Translations under genes and position numbers: made by a program
In this document: piece by piece, positions 26,185 through 39,081 of the stretch
Numbering within the stretch: position 1 is the stretch's first letter
Layout: every line of letters begins with the position of its first letter
Notes under the pieces: model-generated
Databases searched by the model: none
What the model saw: the letters and a program-made list of their open reading frames with translations, nothing else
What the model was told of the DNA's origin: nothing
Assembly (NCBI GenBank): GCA_951406725.2
Contig: OX597819.1
Location: forward strand, 12,648,001 to 12,712,000
Reading direction: 5' to 3'
DNA: 64,000 nt
DNA from: Octopus vulgaris
Taxonomy: Eukaryota

Positions 26185-27872
26185 TATGATGAAGGCTGGA
26201 GGGTTTATCAGCCAAAACATTGTGTTAACAACAAACAAGATGAGGACAAATATCCATCAAATGTAAATAATGAAAATGAAATCTGTCGGGGTGGGTTTTA
26301 AATGTCCTGCTATGAATTTGGGAATAGACAAATAATCTATTTATGGAAAATGATGAAACATTCTTAACTTATAAACCTTTACTAAAACAACCCAGAGATC
26401 AGTGACTGACAGAGAAGCATGCAAGAACTGCATGAACTTTCTATTCTTTCCTAAACTGAGTCATAACATATTTTTTTGTTAAAGGGAGTGAGTAATGTGG
26501 GAGAAGAGATGTAGAGGTAGCTAAAACTAATAATCTAAACTAATACTGTAGTTTACATTGAGTTAAATCTGCTGAAACAAAGCTCCTTATTTTCATCTCT
26601 CATCATCTCTGTTGTTTTTCCACAAACTTCTTGAGACAGTCACACATGTTTTCATTCTTTACCCTTATTTCAAGCCTGTTATTTATACATCTAATTCTTC
26701 TCCATTGTACAAGAATACTGCCATCTTTACTCCCTCTGTTTGTAATTCATAAACTATTTGACATTCCTACAAAATCAACAAATTCAATAATTAATAAACT
26801 CATCTGCCTGCTGACTGTGAATTGCCTTCATTTTTTTTTTGTTCTACACTCGCGGAGTGGTTGGCGTTAGGAAGGGCATCCAGCTGTAGAAACACTGCCA
26901 GATCAGACTGGAGCCTGGTGCAGCCTTCTGGCTTCCCAGACCCCGGTCGAACTGTCCAACCTGTGCTAGCGCGGAAAATGGACATTAAACGATGATGCTG
27001 ATGATGATGAACAACAGATTAATTCACCACTTTTGTGCTTTAAATCTTAAAAACAAAACATTATTTCAATTGAATAAACATTTGATGAATTCATTTGTGA
27101 GTTTCCTGCTTAGTAGAGCTATAACCGCTCTGTGTTTACTCATCAGTCAGGTCAGTTGTCATTGAGCAGACCAGTGATTAAAGACATGCCAACTGTGACC
27201 ATCCTGTCTCATTCAGATATATTGGTATCTAGGATGACATTCAATATACTTTTATTTTTATAAGAGATTGGGTGTTGTTTGAGAGAGATTTGGCTGCCAT
27301 GTCAAGCAGGTTAAACAACCACATATGTAGAGTTTCTGCCATTGGCTTGAGAGGAACCCTTGTGGTGTTGAATCGTTTGGAGAAACAATGGTCCTGTCCA
27401 CACTGCTTTTATTTGCTATGTAGGCAGCATCGTTTGTTCTTTAATAGAAACACAATTATGCGTCATTGCACATAGATGCACAGGTCATCCAGTTATCTCA
27501 AGTTGCATTAGCTGCGTCCGAAAGAGTTGCCATGCTTCTTGCTTCAAATTGTGCTGGAATGAGATGCAACTACAAATTAAAAAGAAAGAAAAACAAGATT
27601 ATGGTTAGGATTTGCAGATAAAAGCACCAGCAATGTTTTAAAAGAGGCTGAGATATATATTCTTTATCATTTCCTTGTTTCAGTCATTAGACTGTGGCCA
27701 TGCTGGAGCACCTCTTTGAAGAAATTTTAGCCAAATGAATTGACCGCAGTTTTAATTTTTTAAGACCGGTACTTATTCTGTCAGTTTCTTTTGCTGAATT
27801 GCTAAGTTACAGGGATGTAAACACACCAACATCAGTTGTCAAGCAATGGTGGGAGACACAGGCAGACAGACA

Positions 27873-27920
<48 letters not shown>

Positions 27921-29168
27921 TACACACACACAGATAGAAAGAGGCTTCTTTCAGTTTCTGTCTACAAAATCCTCTCACTAAGCTTTGGTCAGTAGAAGAC
28001 ACTTGCCCAATGTGTCATGGAGTGGGATTAAACCTGGAATCATGTGGTTGTGAAGCAAGCTTCTTACCACATAGCCATGCCTAGGCCTATGAGCCACATA
28101 CACACATGTTTGACTGCAGAATTAATTCTGGTGGTTCTTACATCATTTTGTATATAGTCATAGACAGCAACTTAGATTGCATCTGGCCTCATTTTGAGTA
28201 CATGGTACTGACAAGTCATAAAAGTGTCAAAACATGAATGGGATCTAATGAGAGTTATCTCATTCGTATATGACTTACAGGTATTTTAAAACCAGGCACA
28301 TTGATGAGAATATATTCTTTAATGTTTATAAGCGCAGCCTACCCATGAACTAGCAAAACACATACTATGCATATTTGTGTTCAATATTGTTCTGTGAGCT
28401 GGCAGAATCATTAGCATGCTGGGTGAAATTCTTAGCAGTATTTCATCTGCCATTACATTCTGAGTTCAAATTCTGCTGAGGTTGACTTTATCTTTCATCC
28501 TTTTGGGGTCGATTTAAATAAGTACCAGTTACACATTGGGGGTCGATGTAATCGACTTACTCCCTTTGTCTGTCCTTGTTTGTCCCCTTTATATTTAGGC
28601 CCCTATGGGCAATAAGGAAATAAAAAATATTGTTTATATATTCATGTATGTGTGCATACTCACGCACACATACCCACACATGCCAACTACTTTACAATAC
28701 ACACTTTAAAGTGATTGAGATCAGAAAGGGTGTCCCTTCATTGGAGGACAATGCAGTCTTGGTACCTGTTGTTAAACCAGCCTGCCCATGCCAGCTGAGA
28801 ACATGCTCATTAAAAAATGATGATGCTGTATAGTGTGTGTGTCTATACATACATACACTCATGCATCATCATCGTATCAAAAGCTTTAGTTCTATGAAGC
28901 TTAAAGCTCTATAGTTGAGTATATCATGACTTATTTTTTTAATATTTCATTTATCTTTTCAATGCTGACTTTGGCTAAAATATATTTTTTTTCCCCTTTA
29001 AACCTTCAAACTCTGAACAATATTACATTCATCTCGTGCACATACTGTCATCTTGAGTTGCTTCTTGTGCTGTCATTGTCATCAGCAATCAGTATCATTA
29101 ATTGCTTTGTTTGTTTGTTCGTTGTATTGTTTACTGTCTCTCATATTTACATAAAATGTACAGCCACA

Positions 29169-29468
29169 AGAGCGGTTGTATACTGTCAACTTAACGTGAC
29201 AGTCCCATAAAGGGAATCACACCACTGCTGTTTAGCCCTAGGAAGCATCGACGCTTCCTGTCGGCTTTGACACATTTCCTGTGTCCTTATATTTACGAAG
29301 GGGAGACAAGATAGCTGTTGGGGGTGCTTGTCTCCTCTTCATAAATATAAGGACACAGGAAATGTGTCAAAGCCGACAGGAAGCATCGATGCTTCCTAGG
29401 GCTAAATAACGGTGGTGTGATTCCCTTTATGGGACTGTCACGTTAAGTTGACAGTATACAACTGCTCT
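29169..29468. repeat. 300-bp near-perfect inverted repeat (foldback element)
   Basis: Arms of ~140 bp around a ~16-nt loop; arm is homologous to single copy at ~31790-31900. Confidence 0.9.
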
Positions 29469-29621
29469 ATTGTTTCATCACCGCCCATATCTCTCTGAGA
29501 TATTTAGAAATTTAATATTTCTGATTTAAGTACAAACACAAATATTTCATTAAATCACTTATCATTCTTGTGTTGAACAACTCTTAATACACTCTCTGTG
29601 CTCATACATTGAACATCAAAC

Positions 29622-29675
<54 letters not shown>

Positions 29676-30035
29676 GTTGTTGTTGTTGTTGCTGTCTTAA
29701 CCGTTGCTATGTCTGAGCCGTTTGATGTATTGACTCTGGGGCAGTTTCACTGCTGGTTAAATTACTAGGTTTCATAAAATCATGCTTCATTGCCTGCCAT
29801 TGGTATGTTTTTGATCTGTTATCGTTCTATTGACATGCTCAACCAACATTCATTATATTTAATAAACTACTGCTTGATCTTTTCTTTTCCTTTTTTTTTT
29901 TTTTTTTGAAATGTGTAAGCAATTTCTGTTCCTTTATCTTCTGATGTTTGTCCTACTAATGTTTCTTCATTCATTTCCCATCAGATCGGTTTGTCTAATC
30001 TTTGAATTTTGTCTGTAGCTGCATTTCTGACCAGT

Positions 30036-30205
30036 AATTGCCTGCTCTCTAGATCTGTTTGGTAACATCGCCTGCTCTGTCACTATTGCAAGCAGCATTG
30101 TCTTCTCTGTCAGTATTGCTAGCAACATTGCCTGCCCTATCGGTGTTGCTAGCAAAATTGCCTGCTCTGTTAGTGTTGCTAGCAACATTACTTGCTCTCT
30201 CACTA
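30036..30205. repeat. 30-bp degenerate tandem repeat (agcaacattgcctgctctgtcagtattgct), ~5-6 units
   Basis: Visible periodicity; gives the spurious repetitive ORF 29967-30272. Confidence 0.8.
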
Positions 30206-30322
30206 TCTCATTGCCTGTTCTGGTGATGGGATCAGGAACATTGCCTGATTTGTCAATGGGATTGCAGAACATTTATTTTCTGTTTTTGTATGAATGATAA
30301 AAAATTGCTTGTCATCTTTAAA

Positions 30323-31160
30323 TATCTGACCAACCAATGTCTGTTGTGTCACTGTGCTTGACCAACCAATGTCTGTTATGTCACTGTGTCTGACCAACCA
30401 ATGTCTGTTATGTTGCTGTCTGACCAACCAATGTCTATTGTGTCACTGTATCTGACCAACCAATGTTTATTGTGTCACTGTATCTGACCAACCAATGTTT
30501 ATTGTGTCACTGTATCTGACCAACCAATGTTTATTGTGTCACTGTATCTGACCAACCAATGTCTATTGTGTCACTGTATCTGACCAACCAATGTTTATTG
30601 TGTCACTGTATCTGACCAACCAATGTTTATTGTGTCACTGTATCTGACCAACCAATGTTTATTGTGTCACTGTATCTGACCAACCAATGTTTATTGTGTC
30701 ACTGTATCTGACCAACGAATGTCTATTATGTCACTGTATCTGACCAACCAATGTCTGTTGTGTTGCTGTCTGACCAACCAATGCCTGTTATGTCACCATA
30801 CCTGACCAACCAATGCCTGTTATGTCACCATACCTGACCAACCAATGCCTGTTATGTCACCATACCTGACCAACCAATGCCTGTTATGTCACCATACCTG
30901 ACCAACCAATGCCTGTTATGTTGCTGTCTGACCAACCAATGTCTATTGTGTCACTATATCTGACCAACCAGTGTCTGTTATGCCACCATATCTCACCAAC
31001 TAATGTTTATTTTGTCACTGTCTGACCAACCAATGTCTATTGTGTCACAGTGTCTACCAAGGAATGTCTGTTATGTCACCATATCTGACCAACCAATGTC
31101 TATTTTGTCACTGTCTGACCAACGAATGTCTGTTATGTGACCATATCTGACCAACCAGTG
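30323..31160. repeat. 32-bp minisatellite (tatctgaccaaccaatgtttattgtgtcactg), ~26 units
   Basis: Directly visible array with 30- and 32-nt variants. Confidence 0.95.
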
Positions 31161-32570
31161 TTTGTTTTTTTAATTTTAAATCTTTTTGCTGTGACTAATC
31201 AATGATTGTGCGATTAATGTATCTCACAAACCATCACCTGTATTGCCATAATGTCTCTTTGAACTATAATCTATGTTATCAAACTAATAATGCACTCATC
31301 TCTTTTTTTCCTCAGCCAAGTTCTACATTTCTTAGTGAAAAAAAATCATCCTCACAGAACAACTAGCAGCTCTCACTTTTCCATCTCCTTCAAAACCCAT
31401 ACATACATACATACAATGTCTCATTTATATACATACTCACTCATATATACACACATGCATTCACACTCTCTCTTCACAACATATTTATTCCCTTTATTCC
31501 ATTATTGCATGTTCTGTTCAGTTATCCCAACCATCTCTTATATATTACAACTACCTCTCAACCAGTGTGGAATGACAGAAAGTCCTTTTCTATGTGCATA
31601 TGCGTATTTGTATATATGTATGTATCTAAGGAATGATCAATAAAACATGGAACAATCCATCCAGAGGCTCCTTTCCCCCCTTTATTCCCATATATCAACA
31701 CAAGAAATGTTTACATTCTTAGAAAATTACTATTTTTAAATCTCACAACGAGAGATATTCAGTGACAATACTTTGTAGTAAAGATTGTTTGCCAACATAA
31801 CGTGGCAGTCCTGGTTTAGGATGAATGTTGCTGTAATTTAGTTGCAGGAGACATTGTCTCCAGCTGGCTATATGACATGATTTGTGTCCTTATATTTTTG
31901 AACAAGGGAATCTAGCACCCTCACTCACCTCAAAACAATATCTGTGTATCGGGATCTCTGGGTTATTTCTCTTCCATCAGCACAGAATAATTGCTCAGTT
32001 AGAGGTGGCGCTGCCAAACTCACGTTCAAAATATATGGTTTTCAAAGTGACATTCTTATTTAACTCACAGTAAGGCTCTACAATGTTGCAACTTTGTGTT
32101 GTATCATGGATTGATCTCTGCACTATAATTAATTATTTTTGTTCAGTGTATGTGTGTGTGTGAGTGTACCACATAAAAAGTACCCAGTACACTCTATAAG
32201 ACAGCTGGCATTAGAAAGGGCATGTAGCCATAGAAACCAAAACAAAACAGACAATTGGAACCTGGTGAAGCTCTCCGACTGGCCAGCTCAGGCCAAACCA
32301 TTCAACCCATGCCAGCATTGTAGATTGCTTACAACTTTTGTTTCAGGTATGTTTGGTTAAAGAAAGGAAGTATGAAATAAAGTTTCACATATGAACTTTC
32401 TGATGTCCAACCCCCACCCCCCACACACACCTTCATTCGTATCCTCAGTCTGTCCTATATGCACACATGCACACAAATACATACACATACATATATGCAC
32501 ATGCAGGATGTGCATATATATATATGTATGTGAATTATATCTACATACCTGTCTTGCTATCCATTTCTAG

Positions 32571-32656
32571 AACTTCCGATGGGAGAATGCTTCAGTTTCT
32601 GTCTCAATACAATTCTGAGTGATGTGGCCTATCGTGATTCAGAGCTCAGGGAGCAG
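32571..32656 (+). CDS. PI4KA: PI4KA exon c ([29 protein letters not shown]), phase 1-0
   Basis: ttctag| and |gtaggt; 86 nt; resembles '[22 protein letters not shown]'. Confidence 0.92.
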
Positions 32657-34408
32657 GTAGGTTCATTCTGTTATTTGAAACTTTTTTTGTGAAGTGAGAC
32701 TTATTTCTTAGATTATTTGTTGTTTGATGACAAACGCTCAACACCAATATTTTGCTCTTGGAATTGAACAACCAGCCTAACTTAGTTACATCTTTGTCTT
32801 TCAATGTAAAATGGCTCTGAAAAACAAAAACAACAAAAAGAATGCAACCACAGTGTTACTTTCTCAAAGCAGTTAATTGTAAAAGTTTTTTTTAGTCTCA
32901 TACAGAGATAGGGTTCATTTGGAGCCATGCAATACTTGCATTTCTGAGACTAAAGAATATAAATTTATAGACCTATGTTATCTGAATGTTTTTATATATA
33001 TATATATGTATATATATGTATGTGTGTGTGTGTGTGTGGAGGCACGTGGCTTAGTGGTTAGGGTGTCAGCATCATGATCGTAAGATTGTGGTTTTGATTC
33101 CTGGACCGGGCGATGCGTTGTGTTCTTGAGCAAAACACTTCATTTCACATTGCTCCAGTCCACTCAGCTGGCAAAAATGTGTAACGCTGCGATGGACTGG
33201 CATCCCGTCCACCTTGGGAACACATATGCCATAGAAACCGGGAAACTGGGCCCATGAGCCTGGCTAGGCTTTAAAAAAAATGGCGCATTTATTTTCTTTT
33301 ATTTTATATATATATATATATAAAATGAAGTATAAGGAAAGGAAAAAAATGTAGTTGTAGACGATCTTTAATTCATAATCCAGATTGGTACAGAACCAAT
33401 ATAAACTCTACAAATTGATTTTCATATATAAAAGTAACTCTCTAAAGTTTAAATCTCAGAACGTAAAAAGTACAGACCCCCTCTTTGTGATTAACCATAT
33501 TGAGATGGCTAATATTACACTCTAAAAATGCTTATATAGTTATTTCTACAAACAGACGGGCGATACTCTGTATAACACAAAATGAAGTATAAGGAAAGGA
33601 AAAAAATGTAGTTGTAGACGATCTTTAATTCATAATCCAGATTGGTACAGAACCAATATAAACTCTACAAATTGTTTTGGAGTCTAATTAATTCCAAAGA
33701 CAAAAATGAAAAGCTTTTCTTGAAATAAAAATTAGATTCTTCATCAGGAATTACATATTGGTATGAAATATTACAACCAACAAAAATATATAAAAAGACC
33801 TTAGATGGGAATGAACAAATAATAGAATGAAAAATCACTAGAAGACCAGACTGTTCAAAACCAGAAAAATATATATAAAAGAAACAAAAAAAAAACCCCA
33901 AAAAAACTCCAGCGTTTTATTAATATTACAATTCAAGATATGTAAATATCTAGTAAAGGCAGGTAAATTTAATGAAACAAAAATTAATTACAAAAATAAT
34001 AGGGTTATCTAAAGTAAAAATTAAGAAATTAAAAATTAATAACTACAAACTGACACATCTACTAAAAAGTAATAAATGTCCAGTTTGTTGTCCTTGACCC
34101 TTTCGTTACCAACCCGGCTGAAACCGGCTCTGGCTCTTTAGTACAAATGTCTGGTTTTCAAAAGTTCTGAATTAAAACCTTCCACCAAACCTTAGTCACA
34201 ATTTATGTTCCTAACACTAGCTTAATGATAACGATGTTATTTTACTTAATTCTTTGTTATATTTAAAATAATTGGAAGAAACACTGAGCATCTCAAAATA
34301 AATTCAGTAACGAAAGAGTAAAGTCAGAAAAAAAGCACATTTGATATAATTGGTAATAATAATATAAAATAATATATAATATTTCATTGAGCGATATGAT
34401 ATTGGTTA

Positions 34409-34857
34409 CTAGCAGCATAGCCCGGTGTTGCCCGGGTATGTAAGAGCCCCTAGTAGGCAACGACTAATCCCAATCTAGTCCTTTCCCTCTAGGGAACGAA
34501 GGCGCATGTGTAGGTTGCAATGTCTTCTCTTCACTCGAATACTTCTGTGTATACGATGTTCCTAGCTGTCCCTTTGGGCGAAAACATGAAAACATCATTG
34601 CGCCTCCCAACGCGTGAACAGCCCACGTACAGCCCAGAAAATGTGTTGCATATAAAAAGCTCAGATTCTCGACCCCATGTCAAATTTATCAATTTTTTCA
34701 GAACTGGGTGAACTTTTCAAAATTTTCGCTGCGTTAGTTTTGAATTATGACATTGGGCTATGTGTGTGTCAAGTTTCATCAGAATCGGTTGAAAGCCGTG
34801 GTCAGGGTGAGGGTACAACCTGACAGACACACAGACTGCCGTTTATATAGAGAAAGA
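34409..34857 (-). mobile_element. Non-autonomous Helitron (second subfamily)
   Basis: Minus strand TC start, CTAG end with hairpin cccgggcaacaccggg, A|T insertion site. Confidence 0.8.
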
Positions 34858-35106
34858 TGACATATGACTGGCAAGAATGTTACCATTGGTTTCATACTGA
34901 CTATTGCCTAGATGTAATAGTCAATGAGAAATCAACTGTTGCATTCAAACCAGTTATGTCATAATCAAAATTATATTAATGGACTGTGTGTGTGTGTGTG
35001 TGTGTGTGTGATGCTGTTACGACCAGAATATAAGAAGGTATTTTTGTTCAGTATCCTGGTTTTTCCTTCTGCTTTAATACAATGATTATGTTGCTTTTCT
35101 CTGCAG

Positions 35107-35179
35107 ATTTTGTCAGCACAGTTGGATACAATGGTTGTTCTCACAACACTTTGCCAAGGGACACATGACATACCTAAAG
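35107..35179 (+). CDS. PI4KA: PI4KA exon d (ILSAQLDTMVVLTTLCQGTHDIPK), phase 0-1
   Basis: ctgcag| and |gtaaca; 73 nt; phase fits both neighbours. Confidence 0.85.
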
Positions 35180-36544
35180 GTAACATCAATAATTAATTAA
35201 CTGTTTATGTTGAGTGCTGTGGAATGGTCATTTCTCAACAATCAAATCCCAAAGCTTTCAGAATCCTTTTCCCTTTTGTTTAGGATCAGAAACCCCTTGA
35301 ACTTCTTTGATTCTTAATTCCTTCATATTTCAAGTAAATGGAAATGATCAATCGTGGATGGATCTCCCTGACTGGAAAAAGGGAAAAAGGAATTTACCAT
35401 GTCTGTATATGTATTGGTTCATTACAGACATGTAGCTGTGTGGTAAAGAGTTTGCTTCCTAACTACATGGTTCCAGGTTCAGTCCTACTGTGTGGCACCT
35501 TGGGAATGTGTCTTCGACTGCAGCTTCTGGCTAACCAAAACCTTATGAGTGGATTTGGTAGATGGAAACTGAAAGAAGCCCATATAAATGTGTGTGTATT
35601 TGTTTGTCCCCAACCACCTCTTGATAATTGGTGTTGGTGTGCTTATGTCCTTGTAACTTAGCAGTTCAGCAAAAGGGTGATAGATAGAATAACTATCGGA
35701 CTTTAAAAATAGTTACTGAGTTTGATTCTTTTGACTAAAAGATTCTTCAAGGCTATGCCCCAGCATGGTCGTAGTCTAATGACTGAAACAAGTAAAAGAA
35801 GAAAAAGAAAAACAAGTAATCATCATCATCATCATCGTTTAACGTCCGTTTTCCGCGCTAGCACGGGTTGGACGGTTCGACCGGGGTCTGGGAAGCCAGG
35901 GGCTGCACAGGGCTCCAGTCTGATCTGGCAGTGTTTCTACAGCTTGATGCCCTTCCTAACGCCAACCACTTCGCGAGTGTAGTGGGTGCTTACGTGCCAC
36001 CTGCACAGGTGCCAGGGGGTCCGGCATCGGCCACGATCGGTTGGAGCTTTTAACGTGCCACCGGCACGGGAGCCAGCCAAGGCGGCGCTGTCAACGGCCA
36101 CGTTCGGATGGTGCATTTTATGTGCCACCGGCACAGAAGCCAGTCTGGGTGGCGCTGGCATCAGCCACGTTCGGGTGGTGCTTTTTATGTGCTACCAGCA
36201 CAGGAGCCAGTCGAGGCGGCACTGGCAACGGCCACGTTCGGATGGTGCTTTTTATGTGCCATCGGCACAGGTATCACTACTACTATTTTTATTGATATTT
36301 ATTTCGATGTTCATGTTAAAAAAAAATTTGTATTCAGTGATCATAATTGGTTTAACCATTTTAAAATGGTTGACATATATTTATGTATGCAATGTACATG
36401 CACAGGAGTGGCTGTGTGGTAAGTAGCTTGCTTACCAACCACATGGTTCCAGGTTCAGTCCTACTGCGTGGCATCTTGCTTGCCTTCTACTATAGCTTCA
36501 GGCCAACTAAAGCTTTGGGAATGGATATGGTAAGCAGAAACTGA

Positions 36545-36661
36545 GAAGTAGGGGTGTGATCCACAAAGGACCAACTTCATTTTGATGTACGATACATGTT
36601 CCTGTGTTGGTAATTATACCTGTCCTAAACAAAATAGCATTACTTTTTGACTCACCCTCGT
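36545..36661. mobile_element. Mariner-like terminal fragment adjoining a truncated SINE
   Basis: End ttactttttgactcaccctcg resembles a mariner TIR; only one end seen. Confidence 0.45.
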
Positions 36662-37016
36662 GTATATATATACATATGTAAAAGTTAGTAGAGTTAGAGG
36701 TTGGAATAACCATCTATGGGATAGAAATATCCATTTTACTACCAGTATAATTACCTATGTTAACTCTGGACATACATGTGCAAGCATATTATGCTCATAA
36801 ACATTTATCAGGAATCACATATAAACCCACTGAATTTTGATATAGTAGTAACCAGCATGGTTGCATGTTTGAGAAGTTTGCTTCCTGACCAGATGGTTTT
36901 GGGTTCAGTCCCATTATTGAACCCTCCAGCAAGTGCTTTCTATTATATCCTTGAGCTAACCAAAGCCTTGTGAATATTTTTGATTTGATGGAAACTATAA
37001 AAAAGACCGTTGTATA

Positions 37017-37056
<40 letters not shown>

Positions 37057-37858
37057 TTGTGTATTTGTCTGTGGTCTAAAGTCAGTTGTATAAAAGTGGA
37101 GTTGGCAGTGTTGTTGACAAATTGTTTAGTAACTTTGTATCTTTGAAGTTGTACAGAATAAGAGATCCTTTACTTGAAAAAAAAAAAAAAAAACCCAGCT
37201 AAAGGTTACCATCAGAATGGGCATCCAGCACCTCAAATATTGTATTTGAGGTGCTGGTGGCACATAAAAAGCACCCACTACACTCTCAGAGCGGTTGGCA
37301 TTAGGAAGGGCATCCAGCTGTAGAAATACTGCCAGATCAGATTGGGGCCTGGTGCAGCCTGCTGGCCTCTCAGACCCCAGTCGAACTGTCCAACCCATGC
37401 CAGCATGGAAAACGGATGTTAAACGATGATGATGATTATAATGATGATCCAACCCATGCTAGCATGGGAAAATGGATGTAAAATGAATGAATGATAGGCT
37501 TAGGACTTCTTTGAATTATATTCCTCTTTCTATAGGTTTCTCAGTCATTTGGTGCCATTAATCAGTGCTTAAAGTGAGTCAGCTGTCTATTAAAGATATT
37601 AATCAGCAGTGGTAGCTTTAGTTATTAAGAGAAATTAGTTTTATAGAGATATAAAGCTGTTATACCACACTTTATTAAATAACATTTCACGTGAAGTATT
37701 GGTCAGTGATAAATGTCTATCAAATATATTAATCTGATATCAGCTTGTGAGTTATATTGGTTCTCTCAAACATACTCCTTGAACATATGTATCAACACAT
37801 CTGATATCAAACTTCTTAACTTACATAATTTCATGATTTTTTTTTTCTCTTTTTATAG

Positions 37859-38331
37859 AAACTTTATGCACATCCATTGTACCAGCTCTAATTGGAATGG
37901 CTCGAGCCATTGGCCGTTCTTCTGATGACGAAGTACCTCTCATAAAGCTGCTGTTTCCTTTACCAAGTTCCTGTGTTATGGAAGAGGTGTTGAGCGATGA
38001 CAAAAGCCCTCCAAAGAAACCATTCACCAAATTCCGATCGATATTCCCACGCACGTTATCTTCCCATGTAATCACACCAGAAAGTCCTACAAGTCCCACA
38101 CCAGGCATCAACGATGGCCCCATTGATTTCAGACGTGAACGATCTCCCTCCCCTATGGCACCAACACAACATAAAGGAGGTCTGACGGATGAATTGCTTG
38201 ACCCTACAATCCGTTATTTCAATAAAGTCGGATCTAGTTTCACACGAACCAAACCCTGGGGTTTTGAAATCATTCCTGAAGAAGATCACTTAAAATTTTC
38301 TAGTTCTCAACTCCAGACACTTGTTAGTGTG
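37859..38331 (+). CDS. PI4KA: PI4KA exon e (ETLCTSIVPALIGMARAIGRS...QLQTLVSV), phase 1-0
   Basis: tttatag| and |gtaagt; contains ORF 37897-38343; FTKFRSIFP motif and Ser/Pro-rich loop. Confidence 0.92.
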
Positions 38332-39015
38332 GTAAGTAACTAACCTTAACCCTAAATATCTACTAATGTCATTGTCAGTGCTTGTTGGTTTATTTCATTA
38401 GCAATACTTCTGCCCATCCCCCTACCCCCAACAACCACCCTTTAAAAAAATTTCTTTTTTCGACACAACCCCACCTTTTCGGCTACAGGGAATATGAATC
38501 GGCAAAAAATTTGGCAAAAATCGATATTTCTAAATTACCACCCTCCACCCCCATTTCCTTCATTTTAAACTTTTTTCACAATTTTTTCCTTTCAAAATAT
38601 GCGGAAAAATACGGAGATTATGATTCTGAAAAAAATTTCCAAAAATCTTTGTAAAAAGTTTTTTTTTAAGAATTTTATTCTTCTAAATATGCAGAAAAAT
38701 ATGGACATCATGATTCGGACAAAAATTTCAAAACATTTCTGTACTTATGGTTACAGTTAGGGCTTTAGGGTTAGTGCTGGGGAAAAAGGTCAAAATTGAA
38801 GAAGTTGGTGGGGTGGGTGTGAAATTTCACAATGCCGATTTTTGGCAAAAAAAAAATTACAAAAATAAACAAATTTGAGAGAAAATGGGGAGGGGGGTGG
38901 GGTGACGGAAGTCTTTCCATTTCATTTGCCATCATTCTCCTCTTCTCCTCTCATCCATTGCTACGGCTAAAAAGTATCTTGGTATATTGGATCTTCTGCT
39001 CTTCTATCTTTTCAG

Positions 39016-39081
39016 GCCAAACGTTTGCTGAGTAAGGACATTCTGAAAAATCTAGATAGCATGGCCGCTGAAGTATATACA
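39016..39081 (+). CDS. PI4KA: PI4KA exon f (AKRLLSKDILKNLDSMAAEVYT), phase 0-0
   Basis: tttcag| and |gtaagt; 66 nt. Confidence 0.88.

Noticed and set aside
30323-31160. CRISPR-like array of ~32-bp repeats
   Set aside because: Units are contiguous with no unique spacers, the context is a eukaryotic intron and there are no cas genes; it is a minisatellite.
33705-33755. Minus-strand CTGATGA...GAAAAGCTTTTC hammerhead-like motif
   Set aside because: Stem I partner is absent at the expected position and stem II is weak; may be a decayed copy or chance in AT-rich DNA.
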